Positions 16,131-24,600 of a stretch of 64,000 nt of DNA are shown one piece after another. The position numbers and the translations under genes are program-made. The stretch's first letter is position 1; each line of letters begins with the position of its first letter. The DNA is from Nanobdellota archaeon (GTDB lineage: Archaea; Nanobdellota; Nanobdellia; Pacearchaeales; GW2011-AR1), in the NCBI GenBank assembly GCA_030648155.1, contig JAUSIK010000002.1:17205-81204 (forward strand). The letters run 5' to 3'. A model generated the notes under the pieces. The model made no database searches. It had not been told where the DNA came from and saw nothing but the letters and a program-made list of their open reading frames with translations.

Positions 16131-16949
16131 TTAAGCAACCCGTTTAATATTATCAGCTTCTGCTTGTAATTTTTGAGATTTTTTATCTAGTAATTTTGAG
16201 ATCCTTCTATTTTCGTACTTTTCAGCTCTATCTCCTAATATCCAGCTATATGGTTTTCCAACAAAAATTTTAGCAGTAAATTTTCCAAGCCCATACAATT
16301 CTCTAGTCATATCTTTAACAAAGCTAGTCATGCCTTTTGCTAATTCAGATTTTGCCATATAATTAATCCCTTTGATTCCAGCCAGCGCAGTTAGTCCAGC
16401 AATGCCGGTATTAACTGCATTCTCAGCGTCTGTTCCATTTCCAGTATTCGCAATATTATATAATGTATCAGTAGCAGTCGCCAAAGTATTTTGAGCATTT
16501 GCTATTAATCCTTCTAAGCTGCCTAGACTTTTTACTCCATCCATACCCTTTGAAACTACGTTAGCAATATTTGCCCCAATAAAGTATCCAGCAGTCTTTA
16601 GAGTATTTCTTAATCCAGCACTTTTTGGGAAAATACTTTCTGCAAGTCTATCAATACCATATCCTCCAAGTGATGCTCCAGCAAGCCCAATACCCTTAGC
16701 ACTATAATCATTAAACTCATTTAGTCTGCTTATATCTCCTCCATAAAATATATTTGCTATTAATTTTTGAGAAAATCCTAATTTATCTATTTCTCCTAGT
16801 TTATCAGAACTAAGAACATAACCTGCAATTGGCAAAGCAGTATAAGCTCCTCTTGCCCCTGCCCTAACATAATCCTCAAGTTCTTCGCTAAATGAAGCCC
16901 CAACTGGCTCTTTTCTCTTCATTTCCTTTCTTTTTATTGTGAATGTCAT
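16131..16949 (-). CDS. Hypothetical Gly/Ala-rich (GxxxG-type) protein
   Basis: Track ORF 16131..16997 trimmed to ATG 16949, 1 nt after the stop (16951-16953) of the upstream 69-aa ORF. The central part is AGxxxGxxxG-rich and the C-terminus is a basic helix. Confidence 0.55.
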   Translation of the reverse strand: MTFTIKRKEMKRKEPVGASFSEELEDYVRAGARGAYTALPIAGYVLSSDKLGEIDKLGFSQKLIANIFYGGDISRLNEFNDYSAKGIGLAGASLGGYGIDRLAESIFPKSAGLRNTLKTAGYFIGANIANVVSKGMDGVKSLGSLEGLIANAQNTLATATDTLYNIANTGNGTDAENAVNTGIAGLTALAGIKGINYMAKSELAKGMTSFVKDMTRELYGLGKFTAKIFVGKPYSWILGDRAEKYENRRISKLLDKKSQKLQAEADNIKRVA

Positions 16950-16950
16950 T

Positions 16951-17160
16951 TTAATTATGAGATTGCCTCCTTCTATTCTTTTCTCCATTGCTTCCAAAAG
17001 CCCCAGACATCATACTACCCTCGAATCGACTTTGCCGATATGAATCGCTAGATCTTCTTTCTCCCCAAATATCGTACCCCTCTCTCTTTAATATTTCATT
17101 TGCTTCTTCGAATAAGGGAAATGTTCCTTTACCGTCATAATCTTCGTTTCTTCTTACCAT
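16951..17160 (-). CDS. Hypothetical small protein (69 aa)
   Basis: First ORF of the minus-strand 17160-14560 cluster. Shares a GKGTF motif with the 18023..18229 product. Confidence 0.4.
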   Translation of the reverse strand: MVRRNEDYDGKGTFPLFEEANEILKREGYDIWGERRSSDSYRQSRFEGSMMSGAFGSNGEKNRRRQSHN

Positions 17161-17226
17161 TTTGTTGTTTGTATTATTTTTACTTACTATTCAGTGACAA
17201 ATAGGGTATTTAAATCTTTCGTTATG

Positions 17227-17246
17227 TAGTTACTATATAGTTACTA
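17227..17246. promoter_or_regulatory. Direct repeat tagttacta x2 in divergent promoter region
   Basis: tagttacta occurs at 17227-17235 and 17238-17246 (11-nt period), between divergent genes starting at 17160 (-) and 17286 (+). The TATA-like aatatttatatac (17252-17264) of the plus gene follows. Confidence 0.3.
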
Positions 17247-17285
17247 AAAGGGAATATTTATATACTTCCCCCTCCATAATAAAAT

Positions 17286-17672
17286 ATGGTAGATCAATCA
17301 AATACAGGTGAAGCGTACAGCTTTTCAAATACAGGTGAAGCGTACAGCTTTTTTTATTGCAATGCTTCAAAAAGTGAAATATTAGAGGAGTTTCCAAGAG
17401 CCAGAAGATTAGCTCTAACGCCTGAAAATCTAGAATTAATACTAATAGAGGGGATTAATCCAGATATATTTGAAGATGAAAAATTAAAAAGAATAGCCTA
17501 TGAAAATTTAAAAATGGGAAGAAATTATACAATGGTGGCCGTTTTGCCAGGTGCACCAAATGAAAAAGCTTATACAGAATTAGGAGATATCTATAATTGC
17601 TTATATGCATCACCAATAGGGGATAAATTCTATAAAAACGGGGATTGGTTTCCCGCAGAAATAGTCTATTGA
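17286..17672 (+). CDS. Hypothetical small protein, paralog of 17680..17994; N-terminus contains a perfect 27-nt tandem duplication
   Basis: AYSFFYCNASKSEILEE...LELILIEGIN aligns with AYYIFDFPASKTEINER...LELTLMEGKN of the next ORF. SNTGEAYSF is encoded twice. Confidence 0.5.
   Translation: MVDQSNTGEAYSFSNTGEAYSFFYCNASKSEILEEFPRARRLALTPENLELILIEGINPDIFEDEKLKRIAYENLKMGRNYTMVAVLPGAPNEKAYTELGDIYNCLYASPIGDKFYKNGDWFPAEIVY
17299..17352 (+). repeat. Perfect tandem duplication, 2 x 27 nt
   Basis: caaatacaggtgaagcgtacagctttt occurs at 17299-17325 and again at 17326-17352. It is in frame (9 aa). Confidence 0.9.
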
Positions 17673-17679
17673 GGTAAAA

Positions 17680-17994
17680 ATGGAATCAAAAGATAAATTT
17701 GAAGTTGCATTATATGACTTATTCAAAAAATTCCAAAGAGAAATAGAAGAAATTGCATCTATAGAAAAAGTTGGAAAGGCATATTATATTTTTGATTTTC
17801 CAGCCTCTAAAACTGAAATTAACGAGAGAATTTCAATAGTTAGGAATCACCCATTACTAGGCGATAAGTTAGAGTTAACTCTTATGGAGGGTAAAAATTT
17901 AAAATACAATCCAAATATCACAAAACCCTTCGGGTTTCATGGTTTTGTGAGAACCGGGAGAAATCGACATAACAAATTCCTGCATAAAAATTAG
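17680..17994 (+). CDS. Hypothetical small protein; last ~25 codons run into a conserved non-coding-type element
   Basis: Paralogous to 17286..17672 over ~40 aa. The C-terminal TKPFGFHGFVRTGRNRHNKFLHKN is encoded by the element also found in the intergenic spacer at 52577-52667. Confidence 0.45.
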   Translation: MESKDKFEVALYDLFKKFQREIEEIASIEKVGKAYYIFDFPASKTEINERISIVRNHPLLGDKLELTLMEGKNLKYNPNITKPFGFHGFVRTGRNRHNKFLHKN

Positions 17995-18013
17995 AGATTT
18001 CTCACGAGTATTA
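17921..18013 (+). repeat. Conserved hairpin + inverted-repeat cassette, copy 1
   Basis: Hairpin aaaccc-ttc-gggttt followed by a T-run. A 36-nt block ggttttgtgagaaccgggagaaatcgacataacaaa (17941-17976) is identical to 52597-52632. A 20-nt variable AT-rich core follows, then atttctcacgagtatta (17997-18013), identical to 52651-52667. Confidence 0.8.
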
Positions 18014-18022
18014 AAAAATTTC

Positions 18023-18229
18023 ATGGCTGAAAAAGGCCTAACCGAAAGAAGATACGTTCTAGAAGCCTCTCACCCAAATGTAGATAGCAGGGAAGTAGCT
18101 GAAGAAATAAAGCTTATAGCATTTTCACTTCCATCTGAAGATAATTTTGGAAAAGGCACTTTCAATGGAGAAATATACTATGAAGAAACAGGAAAATATG
18201 TTCCTTTTAGGGAATTTAAGAGTTTTTAA
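18023..18229 (+). CDS. Hypothetical small protein (68 aa)
   Basis: ORF immediately downstream of the conserved cassette. No family recognised. Confidence 0.4.
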   Translation: MAEKGLTERRYVLEASHPNVDSREVAEEIKLIAFSLPSEDNFGKGTFNGEIYYEETGKYVPFREFKSF

Positions 18230-18232
18230 AAA

Positions 18233-18670
18233 CTAATTCAATAATCTCTCGATACTAGCAAAATCCCTATTAAATTCAGAACTTTTTTTCACTGTTCCAG
18301 TAATATTTTCATTTAACAATCTCTCAAATTCATTAATATTAGCCCCAGTGTAAAGTATCACTTTAATATCTTTATTATGTGTCTGTAGATGAACTATTTT
18401 CAAGTTTTTTATTCTGGAAAATGCAGGATGATAATCTCTTCCATCATCGGTCGTAATAGCAAATAAATGAGTAACCATAAAATCATAATCAAATGTAGTA
18501 ATGCTAGTTTTAACCGCAGACATATTCAGGCCTTTAATATGATCTATTTCAAATCCTTTTCTTTCAAAATAAGCCCTGAAGTTTTTACCCCTTTCCTCTT
18601 CCTTTTTTTGATCCCCGCTTTCATATTGATAAGGATTCTCAACATAAAGCACTTTGCCTCTGTCACTCAT
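18233..18670 (-). CDS. Hypothetical protein (145 aa)
   Basis: ORF only; alternating beta/alpha-looking pattern. No family recognised. Confidence 0.5.
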   Translation of the reverse strand: MSDRGKVLYVENPYQYESGDQKKEEERGKNFRAYFERKGFEIDHIKGLNMSAVKTSITTFDYDFMVTHLFAITTDDGRDYHPAFSRIKNLKIVHLQTHNKDIKVILYTGANINEFERLLNENITGTVKKSSEFNRDFASIERLLN

Positions 18671-18893
18671 ATCCCTTATACATCTATCAAATATTTAAGC
18701 ATTTTCTTTCTTAAATATAATATTAATTTTCTATTAAGTCCAGTTTATAACCTAGTACAATCTATAATCTATGATCATCATACTCCTCCTTTATATTGAA
18801 ATATGTTTTTAATTTTTCCTTTAGAAAATAATGAGCTAATAAGTTAAGTTTACTTATTCGTTAAATTTATTAATCACTTATCCATGTAATTAA

Positions 18894-19085
18894 ATGGGAA
18901 AAGCATTCATAATCTTTGGAATTTTATTCCTTCTTTTAGGCATTACAATTATATTCAATACATTTCAAGGCCTAACTGGTTTTGCTATTTATGAAGATGT
19001 AGATATTAACAAAGGCTTTTTGTTTGGAGCTTGGTTTGTCTTAACAGGTATATTGCTGGCAGTATATAGAAAGAATAAAAAATGA
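18894..19085 (+). CDS. Small membrane protein (2 TM)
   Basis: 63 aa with two hydrophobic helices. TATA-like gttaaatttatta (18860-18872) lies ~28 nt upstream. An AAGTTAAGTTTACTT motif sits just upstream of the TATA. Confidence 0.5.
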   Translation: MGKAFIIFGILFLLLGITIIFNTFQGLTGFAIYEDVDINKGFLFGAWFVLTGILLAVYRKNKK

Positions 19086-19879
19086 AAAAAAAGAGTATAT
19101 TAAGAATAATAGGGGTATTTTACATTATTCTAGGTTTTCTTATTTTATTGAATTCTTTTGGAACAATAACAGGTCTTGTAATTGTCGATAATATTGAACC
19201 TCAAATTATTTCAGTTCTTGGAATAATAGTAATATCTTTAGGATTTTTAATTACCATAGCAATAAGAGAAAAAGAAGGTAATCTGGAAAAAAATATAAGT
19301 TTAAACTTATATAAAGCCAACAAAGGAGATGAAAATGAATCTTATATGATGACCGATCCAGAATTTTATTTCGAGAGCACTGGAGCAATAAGTTTGGGTA
19401 GATTCAAAAGGGAAATTCATCATTTAAAAGAAAGTTCTACAGGGGATGAATTAATTAAAATTGTAAGAGAATCATATGAACCCTCATTAATAAAATTAGC
19501 CGAATCACCTGATAGGGAAAAATCAGAGATTGCAATAAAATTTCTTAAAGTTTTGGATCCTTCCTATAAATCAATTGACAAAAAATTAGAATCTGGCTAC
19601 ACAATAAAACGCGATGAAAGGGAGGAAATAAAAAGTGCCTTCAGATCATATGACGGAAGACTTACACAAGAGCAAAGATTAGTGCTTAAAAAATTTAATT
19701 TGGAGATTGAAAATGGAGCGAAGCATTTCCGTATATTTTATTCTGGAACAAATTATAACTCAACCTTACAACATGGTAAGCCAAGTGATTTCAGAACTGG
19801 ATTAAATTTCACGACACAATTAGTTAACTTAATAGAAAAAGGCAGAAAACACGATCTTGAGAAGTCTAAAAAGAATTAG
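19082..19879 (+). CDS. Membrane-anchored hypothetical protein
   Basis: ATGA overlap with the previous gene. The N-terminal 2-TM segment resembles the 63-aa protein. The soluble C-terminal part is unassigned (weak HicA-like resemblance, see rejected list). Confidence 0.55.
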   Translation: MKKKSILRIIGVFYIILGFLILLNSFGTITGLVIVDNIEPQIISVLGIIVISLGFLITIAIREKEGNLEKNISLNLYKANKGDENESYMMTDPEFYFESTGAISLGRFKREIHHLKESSTGDELIKIVRESYEPSLIKLAESPDREKSEIAIKFLKVLDPSYKSIDKKLESGYTIKRDEREEIKSAFRSYDGRLTQEQRLVLKKFNLEIENGAKHFRIFYSGTNYNSTLQHGKPSDFRTGLNFTTQLVNLIEKGRKHDLEKSKKN

Positions 19880-20237
19880 GAATTCTAAACTCACTGTAAA
19901 ATCCCCAATCAGCCAAAGTCTCAATTGTACCAGAAAGACTTTCTTGTGATTCCGACCTAGTTAAATAAACAAATCTTCTAGGAGGTTCCCCATAGTATCG
20001 GGTTAGTTCTTCAATTAAATTAAAATTCTCTGCTACACTATTCAAGGTTATATCTTTTTCATTGCAAAATTTTTCAACTAATGAGAATTTTTCATCTTCT
20101 TTAATAACTATATTATTTATTCTTCTAGAATTATTTATTTCCCCAACCATTCTAAGCGCCGTTATATCGTGTAAACTATCCCGTTCATTTCTAGGTATAA
20201 TTATATACAATTCTCCTGAATATCTACTTTCCCCCAT
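19866..20237 (-). CDS. Hypothetical protein (123 aa)
   Basis: ORF only; its 3' end overlaps the convergent 19082..19879 gene by 14 nt. Confidence 0.45.
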   Translation of the reverse strand: MGESRYSGELYIIIPRNERDSLHDITALRMVGEINNSRRINNIVIKEDEKFSLVEKFCNEKDITLNSVAENFNLIEELTRYYGEPPRRFVYLTRSESQESLSGTIETLADWGFYSEFRIPNSF

Positions 20238-20329
20238 AAAAAAGGATATTATTAGCCTATTTAAAGCTTTTATTCGATATTCTTAGCCACTGGGCAAACC
20301 TTTAAATAAAAATTATTCTTAGTTACCTT

Positions 20330-20779
20330 ATGCCAATATTCAAAAAGAGGTCTCCAGAACTTATAGATCTTTCAGCATTACAAAAAAAAGGCACTCTTCA
20401 GAGATCCCAAAAAATAGCAAAATCCCATTCTAAATCTCCATTAAATCAAGATGATGTAATTGATCTTACTATGTTTAATAAATCATCACAAGATTCAATT
20501 TCAATGCCACAATTAGAACCAACAGGTTCTTCACCTTCAGACTCCCCATTTTCATCGCCTTCCTCCCCATTAGGAGATTTTCTTTCAAATTTGGCTTCAG
20601 TGAATGCCGTATCAGAAACTTCCATCCCCCAGTCATCTTCATTATCCTCTAGCCAAGTTCAATCTAAAGAATCCATCCATGAGGTTCAAGCATTAAAGAA
20701 TAAACTTGAAGATATAGAATTTAAGTTAGATACTTTCATCACCAGGCTCCAAAAACTTGAAGAAAAGTTAGGAAAGTAA
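20330..20779 (+). CDS. Hypothetical Ser/Pro-rich protein with C-terminal coiled coil
   Basis: 149 aa with a low-complexity S/P middle. The C-terminal EVQALKNKLEDIEFKLDTFITRLQKLEEKLGK has a heptad-like pattern. Confidence 0.45.
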   Translation: MPIFKKRSPELIDLSALQKKGTLQRSQKIAKSHSKSPLNQDDVIDLTMFNKSSQDSISMPQLEPTGSSPSDSPFSSPSSPLGDFLSNLASVNAVSETSIPQSSSLSSSQVQSKESIHEVQALKNKLEDIEFKLDTFITRLQKLEEKLGK

Positions 20780-20810
20780 TAAGTTTTATTTTCTTTTCAC
20801 TCTTCTTAAT

Positions 20811-21449
20811 TCATACATTATTTCCCCCTTCACTATACTTTCTTAAAACATTTTCCAGTCCAGTTTTCAATTCTTCATTTTTAGATCTATAACCAATTAT
20901 TTCCTTAACATTACATATCCCACCATAATTCTTACTAATTGCCAAGCTTAAACTGTTTTTTCCCATTTCTTTCAATTTTCGAGAAGTGGGAAATTCCCCC
21001 CCATTTTCTCTTATCGCACCCAACATTTCTCTTTTAAAATTCTCAAAATTATTCCAATAATTTTTTTTCCTAAATTTTTTTGGAAAAGGAAATTTCTTCA
21101 ACCACTTTTCTTTTCCCACACCGTCTCCTCTATATTCCATGTTACTTCCCCGGTAATACCAACTCCTTTCATCCTTATCTTCACTTTTAATTAAACTTGT
21201 AACGTTTCTTTCATTATATCCATTTTCAATTCCATATTCATACCATTCCCTAAATGTTAAGCAGAAGCCTACATTTCTAATGGTTTTAATTTGACTTAAT
21301 AAACAAATTTCTGCCATTTTATGATATAAACCAGGGTCTTTTTTTTGTAATTCTCCTCTTGTTATATCCTTGCCATAAAGTTTATTTTTATATTTCAATA
21401 TTTCATCAGGGCTCATGGAAGTTAAAAATCCTCGTGGTCTTTTCATCAT
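20811..21449 (-). CDS. Hypothetical protein carrying one copy of the YHGG-type repeat
   Basis: The C-terminal NYWNNFENFKREMLGAIRENGGEFPTSRKLKEMGKNSLSLAISKNYGGICNVKEIIGY (about 20889-21062) is one unit of the repeat that builds genes 24911-32192. The gene is divergent from the SNF2 gene. Confidence 0.65.
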   Translation of the reverse strand: MMKRPRGFLTSMSPDEILKYKNKLYGKDITRGELQKKDPGLYHKMAEICLLSQIKTIRNVGFCLTFREWYEYGIENGYNERNVTSLIKSEDKDERSWYYRGSNMEYRGDGVGKEKWLKKFPFPKKFRKKNYWNNFENFKREMLGAIRENGGEFPTSRKLKEMGKNSLSLAISKNYGGICNVKEIIGYRSKNEELKTGLENVLRKYSEGGNNV

Positions 21450-21575
21450 TTTTTCAATTTAATAATGCTTTTAAACATTACTATTTGTAACTAAATAATA
21501 GCAACATAGCAAAGATTTATATATTATTTTACAGCTCAATTTAAATGAAATATACTAGAATTCATACATTTTTAA

Positions 21576-21588
21576 GTATTATAAAGTG
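21576..21588 (+). promoter_or_regulatory. TATA-like box of SNF2-led operon
   Basis: gtattataaagtg is centred ~30 nt upstream of ATG 21612. Confidence 0.4.
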
Positions 21589-21611
21589 ATAGAATTTTAG
21601 AGTCAAGAAAC

Positions 21612-24600
21612 ATGAGAACCACATTCGATGATTTACTTTCCGAAGAAATTAGGAACGGTCAACAGGATTTACGCAAGTATTTGAAAAAAGGTCAATCTTC
21701 CCTTTATCTTACCTTAGAAGATGCAAGAAAAAACGGAGTAGATGAAAAGGTTATTCAAAATGCAGAAGAAAAAGGAATGATCACTGGAGATCTTTATCTT
21801 ACTTATGAAGGAGCTAAGAGAATTTATGACAAACTCAAAGCAGACCTTACACAGAATGAATCGGAAATTATAGATCACTTTGATCATATTAGAGATGCTG
21901 ATCTAATTGCCAATTATATTTTCTGTGTTCATCCAGAAGTTAGAGAAAGAGTAGGAAACACGGATGGACTTTACAAAGTAGTTCTAAATGTTGGGACAAA
22001 GAAAAAGAGAATACAACCAGTTAGAGAAAAATCAGAGAAAGAAGATAGTGGGGGTTTATCTTCTCATTTAGAAGAATTAATCGGAAATATACCTCGTGAA
22101 GAATATAAAGGAGATAAGGAATATCAAAGAAGATTAAGGATTCTTTTAGTAAAGAAAGCAGAAAGAGATATCTTTCCACAATTTAAGGAAAATAGAGAAA
22201 AAGCGTTTGATTTTGTAAGGAAGAAAATAAAAGAGGAAAAAAACAAAAATATAAAAGATATCTATCAAGAAATTCAAAAGACCTATAAAGCCTATGATAA
22301 TATAAGGGTTTTGGGGGTAAATGAGGAATTTCGTGATCCAGAAACAGGGGAAAAAGGAGTTTTGCCATCACTCCACCAGAATATAGCTATCTATCATCTT
22401 TTAAAAGAGAAAAAATTCGGTGTCTTTGATGGTTGCGGTACAGGAAAAACCGCAATAGCCACGCTAGCACAACCCCTCATTCAAGAAGCAATGGAAGAAG
22501 ATGGGAGAGAGTTCAAAAGAACAGTAATAGTATGTCCAAATAATGGAAAAAAAGCTTGGAAAAAAGGATTTCTAGGAAATATTGATCAGCGGTATTTAGA
22601 TTTGGATAGAGTTAAAGAAGAGGATGTTATTGTAATCAATGGTGGAAGAAAAGATGAGTCTTTTCTAAAAGAATTAGAAGATAAAAAGTGGATTGTAGTT
22701 AATTATGAACAGTTAATAACAAGAACGGATGATGGTAGACTATTCGTTGATGCACTAATCGATTTGGGAGTTGATTATTCTATATTTGATGAAGCACATC
22801 ATATCAAAAGTCAAAGAACCTTAACAAAGTCAGGAAAACCTACGTGCAGTGCAGCTGCACAAAAACTTGCGCATTCTTCTGAATATCTATGTCTCTTAAC
22901 TGGTTCACCTATTTCTAATAATATGGATGATTTTGCAGTTTTATATCACGTCCTAAATCCAAATCACTGCCCCGAACCCAAAAAATTTATAGAACTCTAT
23001 GAAGAAAATCCCCGTATTTTGTATACCTTCTTCAATGAAAAAAGTATTAGAAGAACATCACAAGATATTAACAAAAATCTAAAAATTGACGAAAAAAATG
23101 TAGATCTTTCTATTGACCCTATTCAAAGGCAGATTTATGAGCATATTGTTGAATTTAGAGCGAAAGATTGGTTGATGCAAGCAAGAAAAGCACTTTTAGA
23201 TCCTCGTCTAGTAGACCCATCTATACTCCAGAGTCTGGGCGTGCTTGGAAAGTTAAATTTTGATAATTCAGTTAAATATAAAAAACTTGAAGAACTTTTA
23301 GGTGAGGAAAAAGGCCCAATATCTAAAAAAGAAAATTTTATCATATATTCCAGTATCTTTAGAGAAGGCGTTACTCAAAAAGGGCATGAAAAAATAAGAG
23401 AAAAATATGCGCGAATGGGCTTGACAAAAGAATATCAACGCTTACAGCTAGATCATCCACTTAATGAAGTCCTCGAAGAAAGACTTTCCAAAAAATTCAA
23501 AAGACATGTAAAAATTGGGGTAATTGATGGTACAATTATAGATATTGAAGAAAGAGAAAAGATAGTTGATCGTCTTGGAAAAGATTTAGATGGAATAATC
23601 TGTACGACTGAAACAGGAGGAGAAAGTCTTGATTTTACCCAAGCTAACTGGGCATATTTTGTAGATAAAGATTACAACCCTAAAACTGAAGAACAAGCTG
23701 TGGCACGTATTGCTCGTAAGGGTCAACATAAGAAGGTAAATATTTCCCATTTAATGATTCTTGGTACTCTTGAAGAACAGCTTGAAAATTATGTAGAGAA
23801 AAAGATTATAATTAATAGAACAGCAATGGATGGACATCCTTTAACCCAACCAGAAATTGAAATTCTTGAAGATACTGAAGGAAAAAAATTTGTAGAGCTA
23901 ATCAGAAAGGGCCTTGGAGGGAAATCTATAAACACGTTTGAAGTTGAAGCTAAAGATTTAGGTGATTTCGAGTTAAATAAACGCAGATATATATCAAGAA
24001 AAAGTTCTGCTTTTTATGTTCCTGGAGATGAAACTACAGATGCCCAAGTATTGATGCAATGGATTGGAAGAGATCCGATTGGATGTTGGAAGGATCCTAC
24101 TTTTGTTGATCTATATATGAAAACCTTGCCAAACTTATCAGTGCCTGTAGTTCACCGTGCAAAAATATTAGATCTAGCATCAAGAGCATTAAATGGAAGC
24201 ATTCAGTTTCCAAAAACCATTATTTCTGAAGGATCAGGTCCGTCTTTGCTTTATAGTAATTATCAAAATTTAGGGCCACTATTGGAATCGTTTGGTTTGA
24301 ATATACCAACAATTTTTGATAGAGATACTTCTGCCTTAATGCTGAAACAAGGAAAAAACAATAATAAAATATTGGGAGATATGACAGGGAAAAATAGTAA
24401 GGTTCCGACTAGTTCTTTCCAAATGGTAGACAATGCTTCAATATCTTTATTAAAAAATACCTCGGAAGTTAAAGAATCTCTTTTAGAAGCTCATCGTATC
24501 TTAAAACCTAATGGATTAATTGGATTGACAGTTGAAGGTAAAAAGTTCTTTGATGGTTCTCTTAAAGGAAAAGACTTTTATACTGGTTTAGAAGGGCTAG

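Noticed and set aside
16951-16997. Programmed frameshift joining ORF 16951..17160 and ORF 16131..16997
   Set aside because: An in-frame ATG at 16949 lies 1 nt after the upstream stop, giving an ordinary stop-start coupled pair. No slippery heptamer was noticed.
17941-17976. CRISPR repeat (36-nt invariant block, also at 52597-52632)
   Set aside because: There are only two copies, 34 kb apart, with no regular spacer-repeat array and no cas genes in the window.
19690-19845. HicA-like toxin domain at the C-terminus of 19082..19879 (GAKHFRIFYSG...HGKPSDFRTGL...LVNLIEKG)
   Set aside because: The resemblance rests on a few residues only. The protein is membrane-anchored and much longer than HicA, and no HicB is adjacent. 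Too weak to call without a profile search.
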